From: Caldilineaceae bacterium
GTDB lineage: Bacteria; Chloroflexota; Anaerolineae; Caldilineales; Caldilineaceae
Assembly (NCBI GenBank): GCA_965200615.1
Contig: OZ241377.1
Location: forward strand, 379,754 to 443,753
Reading direction: 5' to 3'
Length of the DNA stretch: 64,000 nucleotides
This document shows, piece after piece, positions 12,501-20,731 of the stretch. The notes beneath the pieces were generated by a model. The model did no database searches and was not told the DNA's origin. It was given only the letters and a program-made list of their open reading frames with translations. Position 1 is the first letter of the stretch, and every line of letters begins with the position of its first letter. A program made the translations under genes and the position numbers.

Positions 12501-12694
12501 ACGGGTTCAGCGATCACCCCTCCTCTGGCTGCTCTTTGGAAGGGGTGTTTGGTTGGGGATGTTCGCAGATCATGCAGAGGTTAGGGAAATGGGCGCAGGA
12601 ACGGTAGAAGATCGTAGTCGGTATAGGGCCAGACGGGAGATAGGATCTGATTCAGGCTATTTGTCTATCGTCCAGCGCTCCACAAAATTTGGGT
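12501..12694 (+). promoter_or_regulatory. CRISPR leader
   Basis: 194 bp between the cas2 stop and the first repeat, less GC-rich than the flanks. The degenerate repeat is at the far end of the array, so this is the leader side. Confidence 0.5.
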
Positions 12695-13110
12695 GTCAGA
12701 AAAGAACGAATCCCCGTGAGGGGATTGAAACCTTGGCATTCCACTTGTTCATAAAACACCACTGAAGAACGTCAGAAAAGAACGAATCCCCGTGAGGGGA
12801 TTGAAACCTTGGCATTCCACTTGTTCATAAAACACCACTGAAGAACGTCAGAAAAGAACGAATCCCCGTGAGGGGATTGAAACTCATTGTAGCACAACAC
12901 ACCGTGAGTTTGTCTGTACTCTGTCAGAAAAGAACGAATCCCCGTGAGGGGATTGAAACTCAGGCTGCGAGAAAAAGGCCTGCAGCCTCTTAATACCGTC
13001 AGAAAAGAACGAATCCCCGTGAGGGGATTGAAACTTACTGATACACCGTCCAATCGGGTAAAATACACTTCAAGTCAGAAAAGAATGAATCCCCGTAAGG
13101 GGTTTGAAAC
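12695..13110 (+). CRISPR. CRISPR array, 6 repeats and 5 spacers
   Basis: 37-bp repeat GTCAGAAAAGAACGAATCCCCGTGAGGGGATTGAAAC at 12695, 12771, 12847, 12923, 12998 and 13074. Spacers are 39, 39, 39, 38 and 39 nt. The last repeat is degenerate at 3 positions (GTCAGAAAAGAATGAATCCCCGTAAGGGGTTTGAAAC). Internal palindrome AATCCCC-GTGA-GGGGATT. The 3' ATTGAAAC handle implies + strand transcription. Confidence 0.95.
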
Positions 13111-13190
13111 ACGCAGAGGGATTCACGAACTAACAGGAAAAGCACAGACGCGGCAACCGGCCCGCGTCGGCAAGCACAAGGGGGGGAACA

Positions 13191-13466
13191 GTGCAGGGAT
13201 GGCGGTTGACGCGGCGCGGGGATTATATCAACAGCGGGCTTGCAAACCGGACGCGGGCGGCGGTTGTGTCGCTGGAGCGGTCCGGCCTGTGGGCATTCGT
13301 TGTACGCACCCTGCAAGGGCAGGAGAAAGGGCGGGGCAGGAACTATCCTACGGCGGCCGCGGCCATGCAGGCGGCGGAAGCGTCCACGGCGCCGGCCAAA
13401 CCGAAAAGAGAGATTGCGGCGCAGGTGATCGACTACCTGAGCGCCAAACAGGAAGGGACACAATGA
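13191..13466 (+). CDS. hypothetical protein (91 aa)
   Basis: GTG-start ORF after a G-rich stretch. No recognisable domain. Overlaps other GC-driven ORFs. Confidence 0.25.
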   Translation: MQGWRLTRRGDYINSGLANRTRAAVVSLERSGLWAFVVRTLQGQEKGRGRNYPTAAAAMQAAEASTAPAKPKREIAAQVIDYLSAKQEGTQ

Positions 13467-13520
13467 GCGCAGACAGGTGAACACTGCGGCAAATGACCTG
13501 AAGCAGGGGCAAGCGGGTTC

Positions 13521-14306
13521 ATGATTGAACGGAGAAGTAAGCAAGTGCAGAGCAAAGGAACGCGCCCCAGACCGACAGGGGACTTCGCAATCCTCCTCAA
13601 AGTAAGGGACACTCTGGACAGTGACGGTACGTTGAACTGGGATGAAGCGCTGCCCGTCAGTGAGTGAGAAGGCGTAGCCTCCGACCCGGACGCGAAAGTA
13701 CTGCGCGTAATTGGCTTGAACCTGGCCTGGCAGGGGCTGACAGGAAGGATTCCCGCTGAACTGGCAAGACTCTCCAAGCTGCACTGGCTGGACCTCGCGA
13801 GCAACGACCTTACCGGAATCATACCCCCGGCGTTAGGTCGACTCAGGAATCTGGAAACCCTGCGCCTCAGCGCCAACAGCCTGACAGGGGTCATTCCGCC
13901 GTCGTTAGGCCGGCTCTCCATGCTTTGCGAACTGGATCTTGGAGCCAACGGATTGACGGGCGCGATACCTCCGGATCTCGGCCGGCTGTCCAACCTGTAC
14001 CTCTTGAGTCTCTTCAGCAACGAGCTTTCGGGATCCATCCCGCCTGAACTGGGTAAACTTACCGACCTGGAATTATTGGATCTGTCTGACAACCGTCTGG
14101 ATGGAGAGTTGCCATCTGAATTGTGCAACCTCACCAGTCTGGAAAGTCTGCTTTTATCCGATAACCGGTTGACCGGAGAGATACCGGCCTGTCTGGGAAA
14201 GCTGCCCGATCTGACAATGTTTGATCTCACCGGCAACCAGCTTACAGGTGAGATCCCGTCTGAAATGGGCGGTCTTTTGAGAGCGGGACTGGAGGATACT
14301 GAATAA
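13521..14306 (+). pseudogene. leucine-rich-repeat protein (plant-specific-type 24-residue LRRs) with an in-frame TGA at 13665-13667
   Basis: Same frame throughout: MIERR...DGTLNWDEALPVSE-TGA-EGVASDPDAKVLRVIGLNLAWQGLTGRIP. About 8 repeats of LxxLxxLxLxxNxLTGxIPxxLGx follow. The stop falls where the cap motif 'W.GV' normally has Trp. The ORF track lists only 13716-14306. Confidence 0.7.
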
Positions 14307-14438
14307 GGGGCTGGGAGGGTCGGACTCTGTTCGCCACAGGGGAGGCCGCCCATCAGGGGTGTTCCTGCGCGGGGATGACCCGTGACTTGGCAGATGCCAT
14401 TGCTGGAAGGATACCTTATTCAATTCACAGGTATAGGC

Positions 14439-15290
14439 TCACTCGTTTACCGGCCGCCGGCGGGCCCATGCCAGCAGGACAAGTAGGGAGAAGAACGGCA
14501 GGGCAGCCATGCGGCGCCAGCGCCAGGGTTGGCGGGCCAGGCGGTATAACCATTCGAGGCCAAGGCGGCGCAGCCAGAGCGGGGCGCGGGGGGCAGTGCC
14601 GGCGACGAAGTCGAAGGCGCCGCCGACGCCGAGCGCGACGGCGACCGGCAACTCCTCTCTGTGTCGGTGAATCCAGATGTCCTGGCGGGGATGGCCGTAG
14701 GCGACGAAGAGCAGATCGGGGTGCGCCGCGGTCAGGCGCTGGCGGATTTGGGGCCAGTCGGTGTCTGCGGGCGAGCCGGCGAATGTGCCGGCGACGGGCA
14801 GGCCGGGATAGAGGCGGGCCAGTTCGGATGCGGCACGCTCGGCGATGCCCGGGGCGGCGCCAAGGAAAAAGACGCGCCATCCTTGCGCGGCGGCTCGTTC
14901 ACAGATGAGGTGAATGCCGTCGGAGCCGGTTACGCGTTCGGCCAGGTGGACTCCGGCCAGGCGTGCGGCCCAGAGCACGCCGACGCCGTCGGGCGTACAG
15001 AGATCGGCGGCTGCGAGCGCCTGTGCAGAGGCGGGATGGCGGCGCGCGGTCATGATGAATTCGGGGTTGACCGTGCATACCTGGCGGGGGAACGGCGAGG
15101 AGCGAGGCGTGAGGGCTGAGGCGTGAGAAACTGCATTCGCGCTCTCCCCGGTCTGCGCTCGAGACTGGGCAATCCAGCCGGTGATGATGCCAAGGGTCTG
15201 CTGGAAATCGACGCAGTCGACGCGCACGCCCAGAATCTGTATTGATGCCCACGCCTGCTCCCGCCACGCCTGCTCCCGCGGTGAGCTCAT
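14439..15290 (-). CDS. WecB/TagA/CpsF-family glycosyltransferase
   Basis: Motifs ILGVRVD, CTVNPEFIM, TPDGVGVLWAARL, FFLGAAPG, LLFVAYGHPRQDIW, VALGVGGAFDFVAG. Confidence 0.8.
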   Translation of the reverse strand: MSSPREQAWREQAWASIQILGVRVDCVDFQQTLGIITGWIAQSRAQTGESANAVSHASALTPRSSPFPRQVCTVNPEFIMTARRHPASAQALAAADLCTPDGVGVLWAARLAGVHLAERVTGSDGIHLICERAAAQGWRVFFLGAAPGIAERAASELARLYPGLPVAGTFAGSPADTDWPQIRQRLTAAHPDLLFVAYGHPRQDIWIHRHREELPVAVALGVGGAFDFVAGTAPRAPLWLRRLGLEWLYRLARQPWRWRRMAALPFFSLLVLLAWARRRPVNE

Positions 15291-16483
15291 CTTTTGGTGG
15301 CGGCCTCTTCGAGCACGGCCAGCGTCTCGCGGGCGGCTTTTTCCCAGGAAAAACGTTTGACGTTTTCATAGCCTTTGGCGATCAGCTCCTGCCGGAGGGC
15401 CTCGTCGCGGCTGAGGCGCAGCATGGCCGCGGCGATGTCGTCAACGTCCTCCGGGTCGACGAGCAGCGCGGCGTCGCCGGCGATTTCGGGCAAGGCGGAG
15501 TTTTTGGCGCACATAACGGCGACTCCTGTGGTTTGGGCTTCAAGCACGGGCAGGCCGAAGCCCTCGAATAGGGATGGGAAGGCAAAGAAGAGCGCTTTTT
15601 CCATGAGCGCGGCCACGGCCGCGTCGGGCAGATAGCCGGGGAAGTGGACGCGGCCGGTTAGCCCGCTGGCGGCGACGTGTTTTTCGTACTCCTCGCTCAG
15701 CCAGCCCCAGCGCCCAACGAGAACGAGGTCCCAGTTGACGTGTCTCTGCTGCGCCAGTTGTGCGAAGGCGTCGATCAGGCGCAGCAGATTTTTGCGGGGC
15801 TGAATGGTGCCGACGTAGAGGGCGAAGGGCCGTTGGTACACCGGCGCGGTCGCCGCGTCCCGGCCGGGTTCGGGTGTCCGCGGCGCCGGCGCTTCGTGGA
15901 TGACACGGATTTTGGCTTCGGGCACGCCGTAGAAGCGCTGCAGGTCGTCGGCGGTGTGGCGGCTGACAGCGATGATGCGTTTGGCGGCGGCTGCGCTCCA
16001 GCGGGTAGAGAGCTCCAGGTAGAGGCGCTGCAGGGGGGTATGGGAGCGGGGGAAGTAGCGGTAGCCGATATCGTGCAGGGTCACGACGGTGGGCGGCAGC
16101 GGCGGCGACGGCAGAAAGGGGACGACGTGGGCGGGCACGAAGAGCACGTGCGGCGGGCGGCGGCAGAGCTCCCAGGCGAGCGTACGGTGGGTCCAGAGGC
16201 GGTTGCCCGGCAGTGTGTGGACGGTGACGGCGCGCTGGTCGTGCGGGGGCGGGGCCGCGCCGCGCATCGCTTCCGCGGTCGGTGTTTCAGGCGCGTAGAG
16301 GCGGAAGGCAAAGCGATCGTTGGGCTCCGCCAGCATATGGCCGATGATCTGGCGGGAATAGAATTCAGTGCCGGTGGGCTCGGCCCGGAGGCTGCGGGAG
16401 GCGTCGATGCCAACGGAAAGAGGAGAGAGTGAAGAGGAGTGAGGAGTGAGAACCTCCCCTGCTCCCTCTGTTTCACTTCTCAC
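15287..16483 (-). CDS. glycosyltransferase family 4 (GT-B, group 1)
   Basis: C-terminal FPSLFEGFGLPVLEAQTTGVAVMCAKNSALPEIAGDAALLVDP. 4-nt overlap with the downstream GT gene. Confidence 0.8.
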   Translation of the reverse strand: MRSETEGAGEVLTPHSSSLSPLSVGIDASRSLRAEPTGTEFYSRQIIGHMLAEPNDRFAFRLYAPETPTAEAMRGAAPPPHDQRAVTVHTLPGNRLWTHRTLAWELCRRPPHVLFVPAHVVPFLPSPPLPPTVVTLHDIGYRYFPRSHTPLQRLYLELSTRWSAAAAKRIIAVSRHTADDLQRFYGVPEAKIRVIHEAPAPRTPEPGRDAATAPVYQRPFALYVGTIQPRKNLLRLIDAFAQLAQQRHVNWDLVLVGRWGWLSEEYEKHVAASGLTGRVHFPGYLPDAAVAALMEKALFFAFPSLFEGFGLPVLEAQTTGVAVMCAKNSALPEIAGDAALLVDPEDVDDIAAAMLRLSRDEALRQELIAKGYENVKRFSWEKAARETLAVLEEAATKR

Positions 16484-17117
16484 TGAGCGCTCCAGCGTGT
16501 ATCCCGGCCGCGGCCAGTTCCTCCGGCCCGATCGGTCCTTCCCGCAGCAGTTGCGGCTGCGGTCCGCTCAGGTCGATCACGGTGCTGGACCGGGCGAGGG
16601 GGGCGGGGCCGGCGTCGATGATGAGGGGGATGCGGCCGTCGAGCTGGTCGAGCACGGCGGCGGGTGTTGCGCAGGGGGGCTCGCCGCTGTGGTTGGCGCT
16701 GGAGGAGGCCAGCGGGCCGACGCGACGGGCGAGCGCGCGCAGGAAGGGATGGGCGGGCAGGCGCACGCCGACGGTGTCGCCGCCGGCGGTGAGGGCTGGG
16801 GGGAGATCGCTGCGCGCGGGCAGTACGAGCGTGAGCGGGCCGGGCCAGTAACGGTCGAAGAGGGCCTGGGCCGCGGCATCTACCGGCGAGCGCACAACCG
16901 CTGTGGCCTGCTCTGCGTCACCCAGGAGGACGGGCAGCGCCTTGTGGTCCGGGCGCTCCTTGACGGCGAAGAGTCGGTCAATGGCGGCGGCATCGCTGCA
17001 GAGGCAGACAAGGCCGTAGACGGTATCGGTGGGGACGCCGATTACGGCGCTCTGCTGCACTGCGGCGACGGCCTGTTCGAGCGCGCCGGGTTGGTCAGCC
17101 GCGATCACGACTGTCAT
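16473..17117 (-). CDS. tsaC: L-threonylcarbamoyladenylate synthase (TsaC/YwlC type)
   Basis: Motifs VIGVPTDTVYGLVC, YWPGPLTLVL, TVGVRLPAHPF, GPLASSSANHSGEPP. ATG 17117 preferred over the ORF-track start 17204. Confidence 0.8.
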   Translation of the reverse strand: MTVVIAADQPGALEQAVAAVQQSAVIGVPTDTVYGLVCLCSDAAAIDRLFAVKERPDHKALPVLLGDAEQATAVVRSPVDAAAQALFDRYWPGPLTLVLPARSDLPPALTAGGDTVGVRLPAHPFLRALARRVGPLASSSANHSGEPPCATPAAVLDQLDGRIPLIIDAGPAPLARSSTVIDLSGPQPQLLREGPIGPEELAAAGIHAGALSEK

Positions 17118-17294
17118 CGGTTCTGCTCCGCTCCAGATAGTGGATATCGATGCGCGGGCCTTTGCGAAGCGGGCGTATCTGCGCCCTCTGCAAGGTCTGC
17201 GCAACAGTTTTTGCTTTACTGTGCGCTGTGTATACTTTACAGTGCCCTGTGTATACTACTGATGGCTTGAGAGTACGTCAACAATCATTGCGAT

Positions 17295-18206
17295 ATGAGA
17301 GACGAACACCCATTTGAAGATCTTCTGGCGCTGATCAAGGGCGCCGGCGACCTGGCGACCGGTGTGGCGTGGCGGCTGCACCGCTGCGGCATCCCGGTGG
17401 TGATGACGGAACTGCCCCGTCCGCTAACAGTGCGGCGGGCGGTGGCCTTTGCCCAGGCCGTGTACGACGAAGAGCACGAGGTGGAAGACGTCACGGCGCG
17501 CAAGGCGCTGACGGCGGATGTACCGGATGTGCTGGATGCGGGAGAGATCCCGGTCCTTGTCGATCCCGTGATGGAGGCGATCGACGAACTGGCGCCATCC
17601 GTTGTTGTCGACGCGGTGGTGAAGGTTAATACGGGCACGACGCTGGAGAGCGCGGAGTTCGTGGCGGCGCTGGGGCCGGGCTTTGAGGCCGGCGTTGACT
17701 GCCACGCGGTGATCGAAACGAATCGCGGCCCGAATCTGGGCCGGGCAATCTGGGAAGGCGGGGCTGAAGTCGATACGGGCACGCCGGGCGCCATAAGGAC
17801 GCCGCCAACCGGCCAGAAATCCGGGGAAGGCGGCGATGGCGGCCCGGCAGAGGACCTGACGGCGGCGCGCGTGCTGCGCGCGCCTGCAGCGGGGCGCTTC
17901 CGGGCACTGGCGTGCATCGGCGACCGCGTGGAGGAGGGGGCGCCTTACGGCGCGGTTGTGCAGGCTTCGGGCGAGGAGACGACGCTGCTGGCGCCGTTCA
18001 GCGGCGTGCTGCGCGGTTTGATCCACGAAAGCGTTTTGCTGGAGCCGGGGCTCAAGATCGGTGATATCGACCCTCGCGGGGAACCCGCGCATGCGTTCCG
18101 CATTTCGGCCAAGTCGCTGGCTGTGGGCGGCGGTGTGTTGGAGGCGTTTTTGCACTGGCACTTTGGCCGAAGCGACGACAGCGTGACCGAAGAGTTGGGG
18201 TTCTGA
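17295..18206 (+). CDS. YqeB-like (EF2563-family) selenium-dependent molybdenum hydroxylase accessory protein (tentative)
   Basis: N-terminus LIKGAGDLATGVAWRLHRCGIPVVMTELPRPLTVRRAVAFAQAVYD recalls the YqeB family. Assignment is from memory only. Confidence 0.5.
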   Translation: MRDEHPFEDLLALIKGAGDLATGVAWRLHRCGIPVVMTELPRPLTVRRAVAFAQAVYDEEHEVEDVTARKALTADVPDVLDAGEIPVLVDPVMEAIDELAPSVVVDAVVKVNTGTTLESAEFVAALGPGFEAGVDCHAVIETNRGPNLGRAIWEGGAEVDTGTPGAIRTPPTGQKSGEGGDGGPAEDLTAARVLRAPAAGRFRALACIGDRVEEGAPYGAVVQASGEETTLLAPFSGVLRGLIHESVLLEPGLKIGDIDPRGEPAHAFRISAKSLAVGGGVLEAFLHWHFGRSDDSVTEELGF

Positions 18207-19003
18207 TGGACGGAAACCTTTCCCACGGCCCTCCCGAGCAGGGGGGCATCCGGATCCTTCCGATCCCAGGCATACCGTTGGTGCGGCCGGGCGATGACCT
18301 GGCGGCGCTGATTGTGGAAGCGGCCGGGGCTGCCGGAATCCCCCTGCTGTCCGGGGATATTCTGGTGTTGGCGCAGAAGATCGTGAGCAAGGCGGAGGGG
18401 CGGCTGGTGCGGCTGGCGGATGTGAGGCCGGGCGAGGAGGCGCTGCGCCTTGCGGAGGAGACGGGCAAAGACGCGCGGGTGGTGCAGGCGGTGCTGGACG
18501 ACAGTAAGGCGGTCGTCCGGGCGCGGGAGGGTGTGCTGATCGTCGAGCAGAGCAGCGGCTGGGTGTGCGCGCACGCCGGGCTGGACCATTCGAATGTGGC
18601 GCCGGAGGAGGAGGAGACGGTGGCGTTGCTGCCAGCGGACGCGGATGCCAGCGCGGCGACGCTACGCGGCCGCATCAGGGAGGAGACCGGCGCTGAGATG
18701 GCTGTGCTGATCAGTGACAGCCACGGGCGGCCGTGGAAGATGGGGACGGTTGGCGTCTGTATCGGCTGTGCGGGTCTGCCGGCGCTGTGGGACCAGCGGG
18801 GACTGACGGACCTGTTCGGATACGAACTGGTCGCCAGCGAAGAGTGTATCATCGATGAACTGTGCGCGGCGGCGACGCTGGTGATGGGCCAGAGCAGCGA
18901 GGGGCGGCCGGCGGCGATCATTCGCGGCTACAGGCGGCCGGAGGTCGCGGACGCGCCGGCGCGTTCAATCCAGCGGCCGGCGGAGAAGGATCTGTTTCGA
19001 TGA
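18206..19003 (+). CDS. cofE: coenzyme F420-0:L-glutamate ligase
   Basis: Motifs IPGIPLVRPGDDL, GDILVLAQKIVSKAEGR, GWVCAHAGLDHSN, VLISDSHGRPWKMGTVGVCIG, LVMGQSSEGRPAAIIRG. TGATG overlap with the upstream gene. Confidence 0.8.
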   Translation: MDGNLSHGPPEQGGIRILPIPGIPLVRPGDDLAALIVEAAGAAGIPLLSGDILVLAQKIVSKAEGRLVRLADVRPGEEALRLAEETGKDARVVQAVLDDSKAVVRAREGVLIVEQSSGWVCAHAGLDHSNVAPEEEETVALLPADADASAATLRGRIREETGAEMAVLISDSHGRPWKMGTVGVCIGCAGLPALWDQRGLTDLFGYELVASEECIIDELCAAATLVMGQSSEGRPAAIIRGYRRPEVADAPARSIQRPAEKDLFR

Positions 19004-19011
19004 AGTGCAGA

Positions 19012-19047
19012 GCAAAAAACAAAGAGGAGCGAGAGAGTCCCGCTCCT
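19012..19047 (-). terminator. rho-independent terminator downstream of tRNA-Arg
   Basis: On the minus strand a 7-bp stem AGGAGCG/CGCTCCT (19025-19031 and 19041-19047) with a 9-nt loop is followed by CTTTGTTTTTTGC. Confidence 0.5.
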
Positions 19048-19052
19048 CCTGA

Positions 19053-19127
19053 TGGTACCCCCGACAGGATTCGAACCTGTGCTCCCGGCTCCGGAGGCCG
19101 ATGCTCTATCCACTGAGCTACGGGGGC
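19053..19127 (-). tRNA. tRNA-Arg (anticodon CCG), CCA encoded
   Basis: The reverse complement folds by hand into a cloverleaf: GCCCCCG-UA-GCUC-AGUGGAUA-GAGC-A-UCGGC-CUCCGGA-GCCGG-GAGC-ACAGG-UUCGAAU-CCUGU-CGGGGGU-ACCA. Confidence 0.9.
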
Positions 19128-19431
19128 AGGACGCACAGAGAACGATACCACAGTGATGGCTCCTTAAGCAAACGACATTGTCTGAGCGGCGCCCGGTACC
19201 ATTGCGCGCCGGGGCAGTAGTCGAGCCGTTGTGCGCGCGTTTGCAGATGACTTTCGGCCCTCCCTATGCTATCATTCTTTGTAATTGTCCATTAACGGTT
19301 GCCAGTTGTCGGGCAGTGCGCGGCCAGCGGAACCGTATACAAAACACCAGCCACAAACTGGGGCTTTTGCGGGGGCGCAGCAGGTGCCTGCGCAAGGGTC
19401 TTGGACCACCAGTTTTAAGGAACGCGCCACC

Positions 19432-20640
19432 GTGTCAACGCCAGCAGCAGCTCGGGTCCAGTCTTTCGGCACGACCGTTTTCGCCGAGTATTCGGCCCTG
19501 TCGCTTGAATACGATGCGATCAATCTGGGGCAGGGTTTCCCCGATTTTCCCGCGCCCGATTTTGTGATTGAGGCGGCCCGCACCGCGCTGGCCTCCGGCT
19601 ACAATCAGTATGCGCGCAGCGCCGGCCATCCGCGGCTGGTGAATGCGCTGGCTGCGGTGTACAGCCCGGTCTTCGATCGCGAGCTGGATCCGCTGACGCA
19701 GATCGTTGTGACCACGGGCGCGACCGAGGGCATCTACGCCACGGTGCAGGGGCTGGTGGACCCGGGCGATGAGGTGATCCTGATCGAGCCGTTCTACGAC
19801 AGCTATCCGCCGTCGGTCATCATGGCGGGTGGGACGCCGGTCTATGTTCCCCTGCGGCCCAAACCCGGCGCCAGCAGCGCGGCGGACTGGCGGATCGATA
19901 TGGACGATCTGCGGGCCGCGATCAGCCCGAAGACCAAGCTGATTATTATCAATACGCCTCTCAACCCCGTGGGCAAGATGTACAGCCGCGAGGAGCTGCT
20001 GGCGCTGGCGCAGATTGCGCAGGAGCATGATCTGCTGGTGCTCAGCGATGAGGTCTACGAGTGGATGACCTACGACGGCACGCCCCACGTGCGGATCGCC
20101 ACTCTGCCGGGCATGTGGGAGCGCACGGTTACGCTGGGCAGCGCGGGCAAGACCTTTTCCGTGACCGGCTGGAAGATCGGCTGGGCAATTGCGCCGGAGC
20201 CGCTGGCGCACGCGGTGCTGATGGCGCACCAGTGGATCCCTTTCGCCGTTACCACGCCGCTGCAGGAAGCGGTGGGCGCGGCCTTTGAGCAGGTGGAGGA
20301 GCGCAACTACCTGCATGAACTGAGTGTCATGTACCAGGGCAAGCGGGAAATCCTGCTGTCGGCCCTCAACGATGTCGGACTTCCGCCGGTGACGCCCCAC
20401 GGCAGCTATTTCATTCTGGTGGATACGACCAATCTGGACGCGCCTGTGCCCACGGACGACCCGCGCGACGTGCAGATCTGCCGCTGGCTGACGAAGGAGA
20501 TCGGCGTGACCGCGATCCCGCCCTCCGCATTTTACAACCCCGAACACATCCATCTGGCCGAGAATGTCGCCCGCTTCTGCTTCTGCAAGACGGATGAGAT
20601 CTTGGAGGCCGCGGCGACGCGACTACGCACAAATCTGTAA
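19432..20640 (+). CDS. PLP-dependent aminotransferase, class I/II (YbdL/kynurenine-aminotransferase-like)
   Basis: Motifs NLGQGFPDFPAP, GYNQYARSAGHP, VTTGATEGIY, IINTPLNPVGK, SDEVYEWM, SAGKTFSVTGWKIGW (PLP Lys). GTG 19432 after AAGGA is preferred; the ORF-track start is 19285. Confidence 0.8.
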   Translation: MSTPAAARVQSFGTTVFAEYSALSLEYDAINLGQGFPDFPAPDFVIEAARTALASGYNQYARSAGHPRLVNALAAVYSPVFDRELDPLTQIVVTTGATEGIYATVQGLVDPGDEVILIEPFYDSYPPSVIMAGGTPVYVPLRPKPGASSAADWRIDMDDLRAAISPKTKLIIINTPLNPVGKMYSREELLALAQIAQEHDLLVLSDEVYEWMTYDGTPHVRIATLPGMWERTVTLGSAGKTFSVTGWKIGWAIAPEPLAHAVLMAHQWIPFAVTTPLQEAVGAAFEQVEERNYLHELSVMYQGKREILLSALNDVGLPPVTPHGSYFILVDTTNLDAPVPTDDPRDVQICRWLTKEIGVTAIPPSAFYNPEHIHLAENVARFCFCKTDEILEAAATRLRTNL

Positions 20641-20731
20641 CTCCCCACAGCCGGCGTACAGTGTATCACGGCCAGTGGCTGCACTGACCGCTGGATGCTG
20701 ACTGTTGGACACCGACCACAGGACATCAGAC

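Noticed and set aside
12772-13480. ORFs 12772-13068(-) and 12944-13480(+) with repetitive peptide sequence
   Set aside because: They read through the CRISPR repeats (repeated ..NPLTGIRSFLT.. / ..ERIPVRGLKL..), so they are artefacts of the array.
13665-13667. TGA decoded as Trp (alternative genetic code) in the LRR gene
   Set aside because: csm2, csm5, the CARF gene, cas2, cofE and many other neighbours terminate at TGA at sensible positions. A genome-wide TGA=Trp code is therefore incompatible with this window, and a nonsense mutation is simpler.
13716-14306. 72-bp periodicity that could be mistaken for a second repeat array
   Set aside because: The periodicity is at the protein level (24-residue LRRs). 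The DNA copies are degenerate and lie in one continuous reading frame.
14375-14908. 177-aa Arg-rich + strand ORF and similar ORFs (14425-14880, 14899-15369)
   Set aside because: They overlap the WecB/TagA-family gene on the opposite strand or in other frames, and their low-complexity RRRR runs are typical of non-coding frames.
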